From assembly GCA_965208575.1 (NCBI GenBank), contig CBDBOV010000005.1, positions 352,001 to 416,000 of the forward strand: 64,000 nt of DNA, given 5' to 3'. Within the stretch, counting starts at the first letter, position 1. Each line of letters starts with the position of its first letter. The stretch comes from Spirochaetia bacterium. GTDB taxonomy: Bacteria; Spirochaetota; Spirochaetia; SZUA-6; Bin103. The notes beneath the pieces were generated by a model. That model saw only the letters and a program-made list of their open reading frames with translations. It ran no database searches and was not told the DNA's origin. Position numbers and translations under genes: made by a program. This document shows, piece by piece, positions 28,897 through 38,187 of this stretch.

Positions 28897-28974
28897 GCCG
28901 AGCGCCGCTGCAATGCAAGTCGGCGCAGGCGCGCCAGGCGCGCCTGCAATGGAACCCGCCCCTGGGCGGTTTCC

Positions 28975-30763
28975 TCAGAATCCCATTTCTCGCTTCAGAT
29001 CCTGGTCAATCCAGAGGCGGGCGAGGATGGTATGAAACAGAAAGTTTCCCATCCTGGTTTCACCGTTAAAACCTTTCACCCACGGTTGGCTGGCCTGATA
29101 ACTTGGAGCCAGAGGAAGCCCTATGTTATTGTGCTGCGTCATTAACGCCATACCAAACTGTTTTGCCGCCATTATCTGATCATCGATGCTGGTGGCGGCG
29201 AAAAAGGCAGCTTGGGCGGCGGCCAGATCAGGGTTCTCGACTCCGCCCATCCATTCACTTTGGTAAGGGACCTCGGAGCCATACGCCGACATGCTCGGGG
29301 TCGGGATCTCCCTGGCCATGGCGCCATAAATCGACTCATAGTTTTGTTCTGACCAATAACCGGTCAAAGTCCCCCAGTCGGCCGTACCAATCGTTACATC
29401 AACGCCAATATCATCCCAGTAGCCGGCGGCTATTTCTATAATGCCCAGATCTGCGATGTCGCGGTGCAGATGTTCGAACTTGAAGCGGACGCCGTCGGCG
29501 CCGCGCGGATATCCTGCCTCATCAAGGAGCCTCTCCGCACCTTCCGGGTCGTAGGTGTAGTATTGCTTGAGTTCTTCGGGCCACTCTTCCCATTCGGTGT
29601 AATACCCCTTGGCGCCAAGGTAGCGAGGTGGGTGCCACTGGGCGAAACCGCCATAGTAGGTATCGTTGATCGTCTCCAGGTCCAATGCCATCTGCAGTGC
29701 GTGGCGTACTCTGATGTCGTCAAAGGGGGCGTTGCGTATGTTCAGACTGAAAGCATCCGCCCGTTGGAAAAATGGCCATATCGCGATCTCGGGGTCGGTC
29801 CGCTGCAGGCTCCTTACCACGTCGATGGACTTTATCTCATTACCAGCGAGGCGTATCATATCAATCTTACCCGAGCGCAGTGCCGATAAGCGGGTCGCTT
29901 CTTCCGCTATATGCAGGGCCATCAGCTCGTCGACATAGGGCAGGCGGTTGTCCGGGTATTTTGGGTCGTAGCCCCAGTAGTCAGGATTCTTGGCATAGGT
30001 CTTGGAGACGCCTTCGACATAGTCAGTCAGAATGAGGGGCCCGGTGCCGACCACGTTCTGCCAATCCTTGTAGTCGCCGTATTGCTCGATTACCTCGGGG
30101 GGGTAATATCCAGAACAAGTGTTCGGCGATGATAGCCTCTAGCGCACCGAGGGAGGGCTCCATCAACTTCATGACAACCGTGTATTCGTCGGTGTCCTCG
30201 ATCGATTCCCATGGCAGATCGACAGCGGCAGTGGTACGTACAGGACGTTCGGTAAAGTCACCCTGAGCGGTAATGCGCTGATAGGTATAGACGACATCAT
30301 CGGCAGTGAGCTCGCGCCCGTTCACCGGTGCCTTGTTATGCCAGTGAACGCCCTGACGGATGTGAAAGACGTACGTTAGTGGGTCGGGCGTTTCCCAGCT
30401 TTCCGCCAGCTCCCCGGTGTAAGTAAACAGAGGAACGTAAGGCCCATCAAAGCCGAATTCTTTCCTATCCAGACCCCAGTCCCCGACGGCGAGTCTCTCA
30501 TTGACACCGTCTATGAGAAAGCCCGCATAGGCGCCGGCACTAAAGGGGTCGGCAGTTTCGCCAATCAAGACATACGAAACGATCAACGTCCCGCCGTACT
30601 CTGGCGCGGTCACCATCTTGCCGGTGGCGGGGTCCCTCACCATCTCCTTCTCCGTGGCGGCGGCCGGCTCCTCTTCGCTGGCCGGGCTTGCCCACAGGCC
30701 GGTGGCGGCCAGACCGAAACCGATCAGTACCGCCAGGATGTTTCGCAAGACTGCGTATTGCAT
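28975..30763 (-). pseudogene. Family-5 SBP of unit C, split by a +1 frameshift in a C7 tract
   Basis: Two ORFs (30023-30763 and 28975-30054). WILPP|EVIEQ is broken at G7 30097-30103, where unit B has G6. Confidence 0.85.
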
Positions 30764-31042
30764 CTTTGTCTCCAAAAAATTCGAGAGTGCTGGTCTCGCT
30801 GTGCATCCGTCGCCCACTCTCGATGCGCACCGGACATCTCCGGTGCCCGGAAAGCGACGGCGCCAGCCCCGAGCTACATCGACATCCGGCACCTCCTTGA
30901 ACGCGCGCGCGGACCTGAGCCCGGAGCACCGCATGAGGCGGTGTGGCGAAAGTGAGGGACCGGCAACGCCGACGGTGCGGTGTGCAGGTGGTAAGAGGAG
31001 CGGTGCAGGCGAAGCGGCGCGCGGGGCGATCAGCCGGAGCGA

Positions 31043-31147
31043 TTATTGCTTGTGATTCAAGTATATACCGGGGGGGGGGGGGTAGGACACACCTATCCCG
31101 TCAACCGGTGGCGTCCTCAAGTGCTTCTGGTATTGCACCGTGAACAT
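31043..31147 (-). CDS. Putative leader peptide (uORF C), MFTVQYQKHLRTPPVDGIGVSYPPPPGIYLNHKQ
   Basis: The C13 tract keeps the frame, adding one codon. Confidence 0.6.
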   Translation of the reverse strand: MFTVQYQKHLRTPPVDGIGVSYPPPPGIYLNHKQ

Positions 31148-31171
31148 AAGCCTTTTCGCCGACAGAGAACG

Positions 31172-31200
31172 AGTCTATTCCACGCGCAACGAGCTGTCAA
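31172..31200 (-). promoter_or_regulatory. Sigma70-like promoter TTGACA-N17-TAGACT
   Basis: Same as unit B. Confidence 0.8.
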
Positions 31201-31357
31201 GTCGCGCGGAGCACGACGAGCACGACGCGTCGCCGCCGGGTATTGGGCTGATATTGGCGTTGTGTGCCCGGTAAACCTCGGCGGTAGAGGCGTTGATCCA
31301 CCTGGGATGACAACCAGAATCGCGGTAGAATATGTCAAGAAGTATGAGGTGCCAGAA

Positions 31358-31708
31358 ATGAGGTTTCAGGAATTCGTCCGGGACCAAGTGTTCTCTCCGT
31401 CGCTCATCGCCGACGAGCTGCGTACCACCAAGTCCGAGATCGCCGGCACGCTGGGCCTCGGCAAGGATGCGTTCACCCGCGCGTCGCGGGTCCGGGCGCG
31501 CAAGACGCAGGTCCGGTTGCGCCAGATGCTGGAGATTCTCAATCGCGTGGAAACGGCAACCGGATCGCCGCTCGCGGCTTACGCCTGGTTCCGGGCCGAG
31601 CCGCTGCCGGGGTTCGGCGGCGCTACCCCCGATCTTCTGGTGCGCGAAGGCAGGGCCGACCAGGTGCATGCCTATCTGGACCGCATCATGGCCGGCGGCT
31701 ATGCCTGA
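31358..31708 (+). CDS. Xre/MbcA/ParS-type antitoxin (DUF2384-like)
   Basis: AYAWFRAEPLPGFGGATP..LV..GR motif, upstream of a RES gene. Confidence 0.85.
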   Translation: MRFQEFVRDQVFSPSLIADELRTTKSEIAGTLGLGKDAFTRASRVRARKTQVRLRQMLEILNRVETATGSPLAAYAWFRAEPLPGFGGATPDLLVREGRADQVHAYLDRIMAGGYA

Positions 31709-31723
31709 GTCTGCATTGTCCTG

Positions 31724-32263
31724 ATGCGGTTCCGGGCGCTGGTGTACCGGGCTCACAATCCACAGTGGTCCTGGACGCCGATATCCGGCGAGGGTGCCCG
31801 CCGTCACGGCGGACGATTCAACCGCCGCGGGGTGCCGGCGCTCTACACCTCGCTCGCCCCGCTCGTCGCCATCCGCGAAGCGCAGCCGTTTGGCCGGCCG
31901 ATGCAGCCGCTCACCCTGTGCGCGTACGAGGTCGATGCACAGCCGGTGTTCGATGCACTGGACCAGGAGCGGCGCCGGGCGTTGGGGGTGACGGAGTCCG
32001 ACCTCGCGTGTCCCACGTGGGAAGCGGAAATGCTCGCAGGTACAATCCCTGCATCGCAGGCTCTCGCCGACCGACTGATTGCAGCGGGATATGTTGGCAT
32101 GAGAGTCCAAAGCCATGCCGCCGGGGCCTCCGCCGACGACCTCAATCTCGTTCTGTGGAGTTGGAGCGCGGACCGACCCGCCCGCGTAGTCCTGATCGAC
32201 GACGAGGGCCGGCTCTCCGAGACTCCCGGCATACGTCGCGGGGACTCGGGGCCGACAAGGTGA
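31724..32263 (+). CDS. RES domain toxin
   Basis: YRAH, SGEGA..HGGRFN, ALYTS, AIRE and RVQS motifs. Confidence 0.88.
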   Translation: MRFRALVYRAHNPQWSWTPISGEGARRHGGRFNRRGVPALYTSLAPLVAIREAQPFGRPMQPLTLCAYEVDAQPVFDALDQERRRALGVTESDLACPTWEAEMLAGTIPASQALADRLIAAGYVGMRVQSHAAGASADDLNLVLWSWSADRPARVVLIDDEGRLSETPGIRRGDSGPTR

Positions 32264-32311
32264 GATCGGAATCGCTGGCAGCGGCGGCGGCATTGAGGTA
32301 GGGTGCGGCGC

Positions 32312-33271
32312 ATGGTGGAGACTACTTTGCCGCTGAGGCCGCTGGGCAACACCGGGCTGCAGGTGTCGGCTGTTTCACTTGGCGCGGCACCGTTCGGGGG
32401 GGTCGATGACGAGGTGGCGGCGCAGACCGCGCACCGCGCGCTTGAACTGGGCGTCAATCTGATCGATACCTCGCCGCTGTACGGCGACGGCGAGAGCGAG
32501 CGGCGGCTCGGCCTGGCGCTGGAAGCGTGGTGGGCGCAGGGCGGCCGGCGCGCCGACCTGGTTCTGTGCACCAAGACCGGCACCCGTTCGCGGCCCTACG
32601 ACTACTCGGCGGACGCCACCCGCTGGAGCATCGACGAGAGCCTGCGCACGCTCAAGACCGACTATCTCGACGTGGTGCACATCCACGACCCGGACCGGAT
32701 CGAGCAGGCGCTCGGACCCGGACGCGCGCTGGAGGCGCTGCAGGAGCTGAAGCGGCAGAACGTGGTGCGCCACATCGGGCTCGGAGTGCGCGGCCTGGAT
32801 CTGCACTGCGCGTTTCACGACACCGGCTCCTGCGAGGCGTCGCTCACCTACCGCGACTACAGCCTGATCGACCAGACGGCGGCGGAGCGCCTGCTGCCCT
32901 CCGCCGAGCGCCACGGGGTAGGGCTGCTGAACGCCCAGATGGTGCGCCACGGCTTGCTCGGCGGCGAGGATCCGCGCACGGTGGAGCGCCGCTTCAGTGG
33001 CCGGCCCGGCTTCCAGCCGGGCGATATCAGCTACATCGAGCCGTGGGAGGTGGAGCGCGCCACCCGGCTCTGGCAGTGGTGCCGCGACCGTAATCTCGAC
33101 CTGCTGGCGCTCAGCGTGCAGTTCGGACTGCGCGACCCGCGCATCTCCTCGCAGATGATCGGCACCGGCTCGCCCGCCCACCTGGAAGCGGGCGTGCGCG
33201 CGGCGCTGGCGCCGATCGCCGACCAGGTGTGGCAGGAGCTGGCCGCCGACTTCGCCATCCGCGGGATATAG
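32312..33271 (+). CDS. Aldo/keto reductase
   Basis: LGNTGLQVS, IDTSPLYG and SLRTLKTDYLDVVHIHDP motifs. Confidence 0.9.
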   Translation: MVETTLPLRPLGNTGLQVSAVSLGAAPFGGVDDEVAAQTAHRALELGVNLIDTSPLYGDGESERRLGLALEAWWAQGGRRADLVLCTKTGTRSRPYDYSADATRWSIDESLRTLKTDYLDVVHIHDPDRIEQALGPGRALEALQELKRQNVVRHIGLGVRGLDLHCAFHDTGSCEASLTYRDYSLIDQTAAERLLPSAERHGVGLLNAQMVRHGLLGGEDPRTVERRFSGRPGFQPGDISYIEPWEVERATRLWQWCRDRNLDLLALSVQFGLRDPRISSQMIGTGSPAHLEAGVRAALAPIADQVWQELAADFAIRGI

Positions 33272-33289
33272 CTGGTCTACAGCCGCCGA

Positions 33290-34336
33290 TTACTCGCTGT
33301 TGGCCGCTACGGCGATCTTCAGGGCTTCGCGCCCGTCCAGCCGGTAGTTGCTGTCCAGGGCGTGGAAGCCCTCGGCGACCCGCTCCAGCGGGACGGCGTG
33401 GCTCACGAACCCCTCGAACAGCGAGGCGTACCGCTCCAGCAGCGCCAGCGAGCGCACGAAGTGCGGGCCTTCGAAACCCCAGGCGGCCTCCAGGCGCAGG
33501 TTCTTGCGCATCAGCATCTGGTTGGGGTTGCACTCGAAGGTGCCGGTGTCCACGAAGTGGCCGAACTCGACGTAGGTGCCGCTGCGCCGCAGGTAGTCGA
33601 GGCCTTCCGGAATCGCAGACAGGAAACCCGCGCACTCGCACACCACGTCGGCGCCGGCGCCGCGCGGCGTGTTGTCGCGCACGATCTTTATGCGTTCCGC
33701 GGCGTCCGGCACCTCCTCGATGTTGATCGCCAGGTCGGCGCCAAGCCGCTCGGCGAACTCCAGGCGCCCGGCGGGGCCGCCGACCGCGATCAGCCGGCCG
33801 GCGCCGGCGCGCCGGGCCCAGGCGATCGCCAGCAGCCCGATCGGTCCGGTGCCCTGGATCACCACGGTGTCGCCGAGCTGGATGCCGGCGCGCGACACGC
33901 AGTGGTAGGAGCAGGCAGACGGCTCGGTCAGCACCGCGATCTCGGGCGGAAGGTCGGTCTTCAGGAATACGTTGGTGGGATTCCACAGGTAGATGTACTG
34001 TCCGAAGCCGCCGCGCAGCCCGGGCGCGTGGTCGGTCGGTTGGAATCCGACGCCCAGGTGCGGGGAGACCACCACGCGGTCGCCAACCTGCACCGGGTTG
34101 CCGAGGGCATCCTCGCTGACCCCGTCACCGAGCGCATCGAGCGTGCCGACGTTCTCGTGGCCGAGGATGACGTCGTAGCCGAGGCGCTGGAACTGCCAGT
34201 TGTGCAGATCGGTGCCGCAGATGCCGCCCAACTCCTGCTTGACCAAGACCTTGCCCGGTTCCGGCTCCGGCACCGGATACTCGCGAATCTCGAACTCCTT
34301 GCCAGCCATCACGCTGGCGCGTGCCGTTCTTCCCAT
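33290..34336 (-). CDS. Zinc-binding (MDR) alcohol dehydrogenase
   Basis: GICGTDLH, ILGHE and GTGPIG motifs. Confidence 0.9.
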   Translation of the reverse strand: MGRTARASVMAGKEFEIREYPVPEPEPGKVLVKQELGGICGTDLHNWQFQRLGYDVILGHENVGTLDALGDGVSEDALGNPVQVGDRVVVSPHLGVGFQPTDHAPGLRGGFGQYIYLWNPTNVFLKTDLPPEIAVLTEPSACSYHCVSRAGIQLGDTVVIQGTGPIGLLAIAWARRAGAGRLIAVGGPAGRLEFAERLGADLAINIEEVPDAAERIKIVRDNTPRGAGADVVCECAGFLSAIPEGLDYLRRSGTYVEFGHFVDTGTFECNPNQMLMRKNLRLEAAWGFEGPHFVRSLALLERYASLFEGFVSHAVPLERVAEGFHALDSNYRLDGREALKIAVAANSE

Positions 34337-34474
34337 CAATGGACCTCCTCCGTCCGCTTGGCGATCTGTGCTGCCGGCAAGTAACGCAGCCCCCGGCCAA
34401 TCCGTCAAGCGCCGCACACCCCGGGGCGTTGGCGCGCTGACAGCACGCCCGGAAGGGGCTACACTCTCGGCACC

Positions 34475-34993
34475 ATGAGCGGTAAGGCAAACGAGGTTCG
34501 CGCGGACTGGACCGGGCGATTTTTCGAGGATCTCGACGTGGGTGACGTGTACCGCAGCCGGTGGGGGCATACGGTGACCGAGGCCGACAACGCGCTGTTC
34601 ACGCAACTGACTCACAACACCAACCCGCTGCACTTCGACGCCCGCTACGCCGCCGATTCGCGCTGGGGCAGGATCCTGGTCAACAGCACCTTCACCCTGG
34701 CGCTGATCACCGGCATGAGCGTGAACGACGTCACCGAGCACGCCATGGCTAACCTGGGCTGGGAAGAGATCAAGCTGCCCAACCCGGTGTTCCTGGGCGA
34801 CACCCTGTACTGCGAGACCGAGATCCTGGCGCGGCGCGACTCCAAGTCGTACCCGGAGGCGGGCATCGTGCGGTTCCGCTCGCGCGGCATCAACCAGGAC
34901 GGCGACGTGGTGCTGGAGTACACCCGCAGCGCAATGATCTACCGGCGCGCCGCCGCTCCGCAGGTATCGTTTCCGGTAGCCAACGGGCGCTGA
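34475..34993 (+). CDS. MaoC-family (R)-hydratase/dehydratase
   Basis: GRFFED..VG, TVTEADN, NTNPLHFD, ANLGW and PVFLGDTL motifs. Confidence 0.9.
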   Translation: MSGKANEVRADWTGRFFEDLDVGDVYRSRWGHTVTEADNALFTQLTHNTNPLHFDARYAADSRWGRILVNSTFTLALITGMSVNDVTEHAMANLGWEEIKLPNPVFLGDTLYCETEILARRDSKSYPEAGIVRFRSRGINQDGDVVLEYTRSAMIYRRAAAPQVSFPVANGR

Positions 34994-35003
34994 CCGCTCC
35001 GCC

Positions 35004-36512
35004 GTGAAACCGCTGGCGGGGCTGCGGCTGATCGACCTGTCCACGGTCGTGGCCGGCCCCTATTCGGGCGCGCTGCTGGCCGACCTCGGCGCGGACGTGA
35101 TCAAGGTGGAGCCGCCCGCCGGCGACGCCGCCCGCGGCCTGGTCACCGAAGAGGGGCTGGCGCCCCACGTTCACACCAACCAGCGCAACAAGCGCGGCAT
35201 GGTGATCGACCTCAAGCACCCCGCCGGCAAGGCGGCGTTCCAAGACCTGGTGCGCTGGGCGGACGTGGTGCTGGAGAACTATCGCCCCGGCGTCACCGAG
35301 CGTCTGGGCATCGACTACCCGGCGCTGGCCGCGCTCAACCCGCGCATCGTCATGTGCTCGATCACCGGCTACGGACTGACCGGTCCGGGAAGGGACCGCG
35401 CAGCGTTCGACGCCAACATACAGGCTTACGCCGGCGTGATGGGCCTGACCGGCGAGCCGGACGGGAGGCCGGTGCGGGCGGCGCTGGCGTACGCCGATCT
35501 GTGCGCGGGCATGGCGGGCGCGCTGGGCATCCTGGCCGCGGTGGTGGCGCGCGACCGCACCGGACGCGGCCAGCACGTCGACCTGGCCATGTTCGACGTC
35601 CAGCTCTCGATGCAGAACTACTTCTGTACCATGCAGTTGGCATCGGCCAGGCCACCCCGGCGCCTGGGCAACGAGCATGAGCTGCACGTGCCCTACAACG
35701 CGTACCCGACGGCCAGCGGACCGCTGTTCGTGACGGTGGTGACGGAGGCGCAGTGGAGCGGCCTGCTGCGCGCGCTCGGGCGGCTGGACCATCCGCCCGA
35801 GGTGGGCACCCACCTGCAGATGCTGGCGGATGGCCGGCTGCGATCGCGCGGCCACCGGATCGCGGCGCGGGATGCGATCAACGCGGCGCTGGAGGCCATT
35901 CTCGCGACGCGCCCGCGCGAGGAGTGGATGGCCGCGCTGGCCGCCGAGCGGTTGCCGTTCGCGCCCGTCAACACGCTGGCCGAGGCGCTCGCCGACCCGC
36001 AGGCGGCCGCGCGCGGCATGGTGGCCCCCATACCGCTGCCGGACGGCGGCACCCGCCCGGCGTCCGGCAACCCGATCAAGCTGTCGGACGCCGGTCCCGA
36101 CACCTTCACGCCGCCGCCGAAGCTCGGCCAGCACACCCGGGAGGTGCTCGTCGACGTCCTGGGCTACGACGAGGCTCGGGTCGCCCGCCTGCTGGCGTCG
36201 GGCGCGTTCACCGCGGCCTCGGAACGGCGGGTTCCCGAAGGTAGCCAAGCGTTTGGCGCCAGCGGTAGCGGGCACAAGCCGGCGGACGATGCCGGCGGAG
36301 TGGGCGTCCGGTCCGGCGACGCGACAAGCGCCGACCGCGCCCTGCCCGGGACGCCGGGCGCCGGCGCGGAAGGCCCGCCGGAATCGGCGCCGGAGGGTGG
36401 AGCGGTGCACCGGCGCGATCCGGACGCTGGCGCCGGAGCGGCAACGTTGCACGCGGCTGCACCCGGCACGGCGGCCACCGGCCCCGGTGCGTCCCCCGGC
36501 GCGGAGGGCTGA
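35004..36512 (+). CDS. Family III CoA transferase with a low-complexity C-terminal tail
   Basis: AGPYSGALLADLGADVIKVE and PPKLGQHT motifs, then about 95 Ala/Gly/Pro-rich residues. Confidence 0.9.
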   Translation: MKPLAGLRLIDLSTVVAGPYSGALLADLGADVIKVEPPAGDAARGLVTEEGLAPHVHTNQRNKRGMVIDLKHPAGKAAFQDLVRWADVVLENYRPGVTERLGIDYPALAALNPRIVMCSITGYGLTGPGRDRAAFDANIQAYAGVMGLTGEPDGRPVRAALAYADLCAGMAGALGILAAVVARDRTGRGQHVDLAMFDVQLSMQNYFCTMQLASARPPRRLGNEHELHVPYNAYPTASGPLFVTVVTEAQWSGLLRALGRLDHPPEVGTHLQMLADGRLRSRGHRIAARDAINAALEAILATRPREEWMAALAAERLPFAPVNTLAEALADPQAAARGMVAPIPLPDGGTRPASGNPIKLSDAGPDTFTPPPKLGQHTREVLVDVLGYDEARVARLLASGAFTAASERRVPEGSQAFGASGSGHKPADDAGGVGVRSGDATSADRALPGTPGAGAEGPPESAPEGGAVHRRDPDAGAGAATLHAAAPGTAATGPGASPGAEG

Positions 36513-36515
36513 CCG

Positions 36516-37418
36516 ATGGTGCTGCCGGCGCGGTCGCTGCTGTTCGTGCCCGCCAACCGGCCCGACCGCTATGCCAAGGCCGCCGCCGCCGGAGCGGACA
36601 AGGTGATCATCGACCTGGAGGACTCGGTGCCGGCCGACCAGCGCGCCGCGGCGCGCGAGATGATCGCGCCGGCCTTGCCCGAGGTGGCGCGCGAACGGCT
36701 GCTGGTGCGGGTCAACCCGATCGCCGATCCGGACCACGCCGCCGACCTTGCCGCGGTGCCGCTGGCGGCGGTGGGAGGGCTGATGGTGCCGAAATTCGAG
36801 CACGCCGCCGAGCTGCGCGCCCTGGCCGCCGAGCTGGAACGCCGGGAAACGGCGGCCGGCTTGGCGGCCGGTTCCACGTTCCTGGTGGTCCTGATCGAGA
36901 CCGCGCGCGGCGTGCGCGATGCGGACGCGCTCATGGAGGCGGCCGCATCGCTGGGCCGCGACTCCGTGGCCGCATTCGGGGCGCTGGACTACGGCGTGGA
37001 GGTCGGTACGGAGGCGACCGGCGTCGAGCCGGAGCTGCTATACCCGCGCGTGCGGTTGACCGTGGCCGCCGCCGCCGCCGGCCTGGAGCCGCCGCTCGAT
37101 TCGCCAAGCACCCACCTGCGCGACCCCGACCGGGTGCGCGCGGAGGCGCTGGCGGCGCGCCGGCTCGGGTTTCAGGGCAAGCTGTGCGTGCACCCGCTCC
37201 AGGTCGGCGCCTGCAACGAAGTGTTCACTCCGCCGCCGGCGGCGGTGGCCGAAGCGCGCACCGCGGTCGACGCCTACGATGCGGCGCGGGCCGCCGGACG
37301 CGGCGCGGTGGCGCTGGACGGGCGCATGATCGACATGCCGGTGGTGCGGCGGGCGCAGCGCACGCTGACCCTGGCGCGCCGCCTGCAGCAGGAAGGCCGC
37401 TCCGCCGGCAACGCCTGA
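36516..37418 (+). CDS. CitE-like CoA-ester lyase (HpcH/HpaI aldolase/citrate lyase family)
   Basis: RSLLFVPA, IDLEDSV, LIETARG, GFQGKLCVHP and GRMIDMP motifs. Confidence 0.9.
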   Translation: MVLPARSLLFVPANRPDRYAKAAAAGADKVIIDLEDSVPADQRAAAREMIAPALPEVARERLLVRVNPIADPDHAADLAAVPLAAVGGLMVPKFEHAAELRALAAELERRETAAGLAAGSTFLVVLIETARGVRDADALMEAAASLGRDSVAAFGALDYGVEVGTEATGVEPELLYPRVRLTVAAAAAGLEPPLDSPSTHLRDPDRVRAEALAARRLGFQGKLCVHPLQVGACNEVFTPPPAAVAEARTAVDAYDAARAAGRGAVALDGRMIDMPVVRRAQRTLTLARRLQQEGRSAGNA

Positions 37419-37436
37419 ACGCCGCCCCGCCGGCTC

Positions 37437-37814
37437 TCAGTTCTGCGCCGAAAAGTAGCGGTCGAAGTGCCGGTCGAAGTGGATGATCGGCGCGTGGTGG
37501 TACTGCGCCACCGCGATGATCAGCAGGTCGGTGGGGGGGATGGTCAAGCCATTGGTCCGGCACCTGGTGGCGAGCTGCCACGATGATCGCCAGACCGCCT
37601 CGTCGATGCTCAGGAACGCAAGCGAATCCGCGAACCGGCGTAGCTGGGACCGCTCGTATGCTCCCCGGGCCCCGTTCCACAGTTCCAGCATGATCATGGA
37701 GCAGGTCGCGGCCTCCCCGGTCTGCAGGACGTGCGTCACCTGGCTTCGAGTCGCCGGGTCCCCATCCTTTCGCAGCGTTTCGACCCAGGCAGAGGTATCG
37801 ATCAGAATGCTCAA
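37437..37814 (-). CDS. VapC-like PIN domain toxin
   Basis: ILIDTSAW, ELW.GAR, DLLI and DRHF motifs. Confidence 0.88.
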   Translation of the reverse strand: MSILIDTSAWVETLRKDGDPATRSQVTHVLQTGEAATCSMIMLELWNGARGAYERSQLRRFADSLAFLSIDEAVWRSSWQLATRCRTNGLTIPPTDLLIIAVAQYHHAPIIHFDRHFDRYFSAQN

Positions 37815-38014
37815 TCCGAACCTCTCGATCGGTTGAGCTCGTCCGCGGTCATGAACTGGTCAAACGTCCCGACCACGTCGACCAGCGCCGCAACTTTCTT
37901 CTTGCGATTGTATTCCTCGATTGCGGTGAGAATCGCCTCCCGTTTGGTACGCGCCTCCGTATGCTCAATGAGCTCACCAAGCATATCATCGGGAATATCG
38001 ACGGTCGTCTTCAT
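37811..38014 (-). CDS. VapB-like antitoxin
   Basis: MKTTVDIPD...TKREAI, overlapping the vapC start. Confidence 0.85.
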   Translation of the reverse strand: MKTTVDIPDDMLGELIEHTEARTKREAILTAIEEYNRKKKVAALVDVVGTFDQFMTADELNRSRGSD

Positions 38015-38187
38015 ATTATCATTGTCGGCGATATGGAATATCGAGTCAACCTCGGTGTGCCTCGACAGTGGTCCGGCGTTGGGCTACGGTCGGAAGCGAG
38101 GCCGTTGCGCATGAGTGCCGTTCCGAGCGCCTGTCGACGGTCACGCGGGCACGGTCGCTGTGCTCGACGAGTGAAAGTGGAGGAAAT

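Larger units (their letters stand above)
30764..31226 (-). repeat. Conserved promoter/leader block, copy C
   Basis: Aligns with copies A and B, with a short deletion near 30946. Confidence 0.9.

Noticed and set aside
16369-31262. Integron interpretation of the cassette array
   Set aside because: No intI gene, no attC-like sites, and the cargo genes have mixed orientation.
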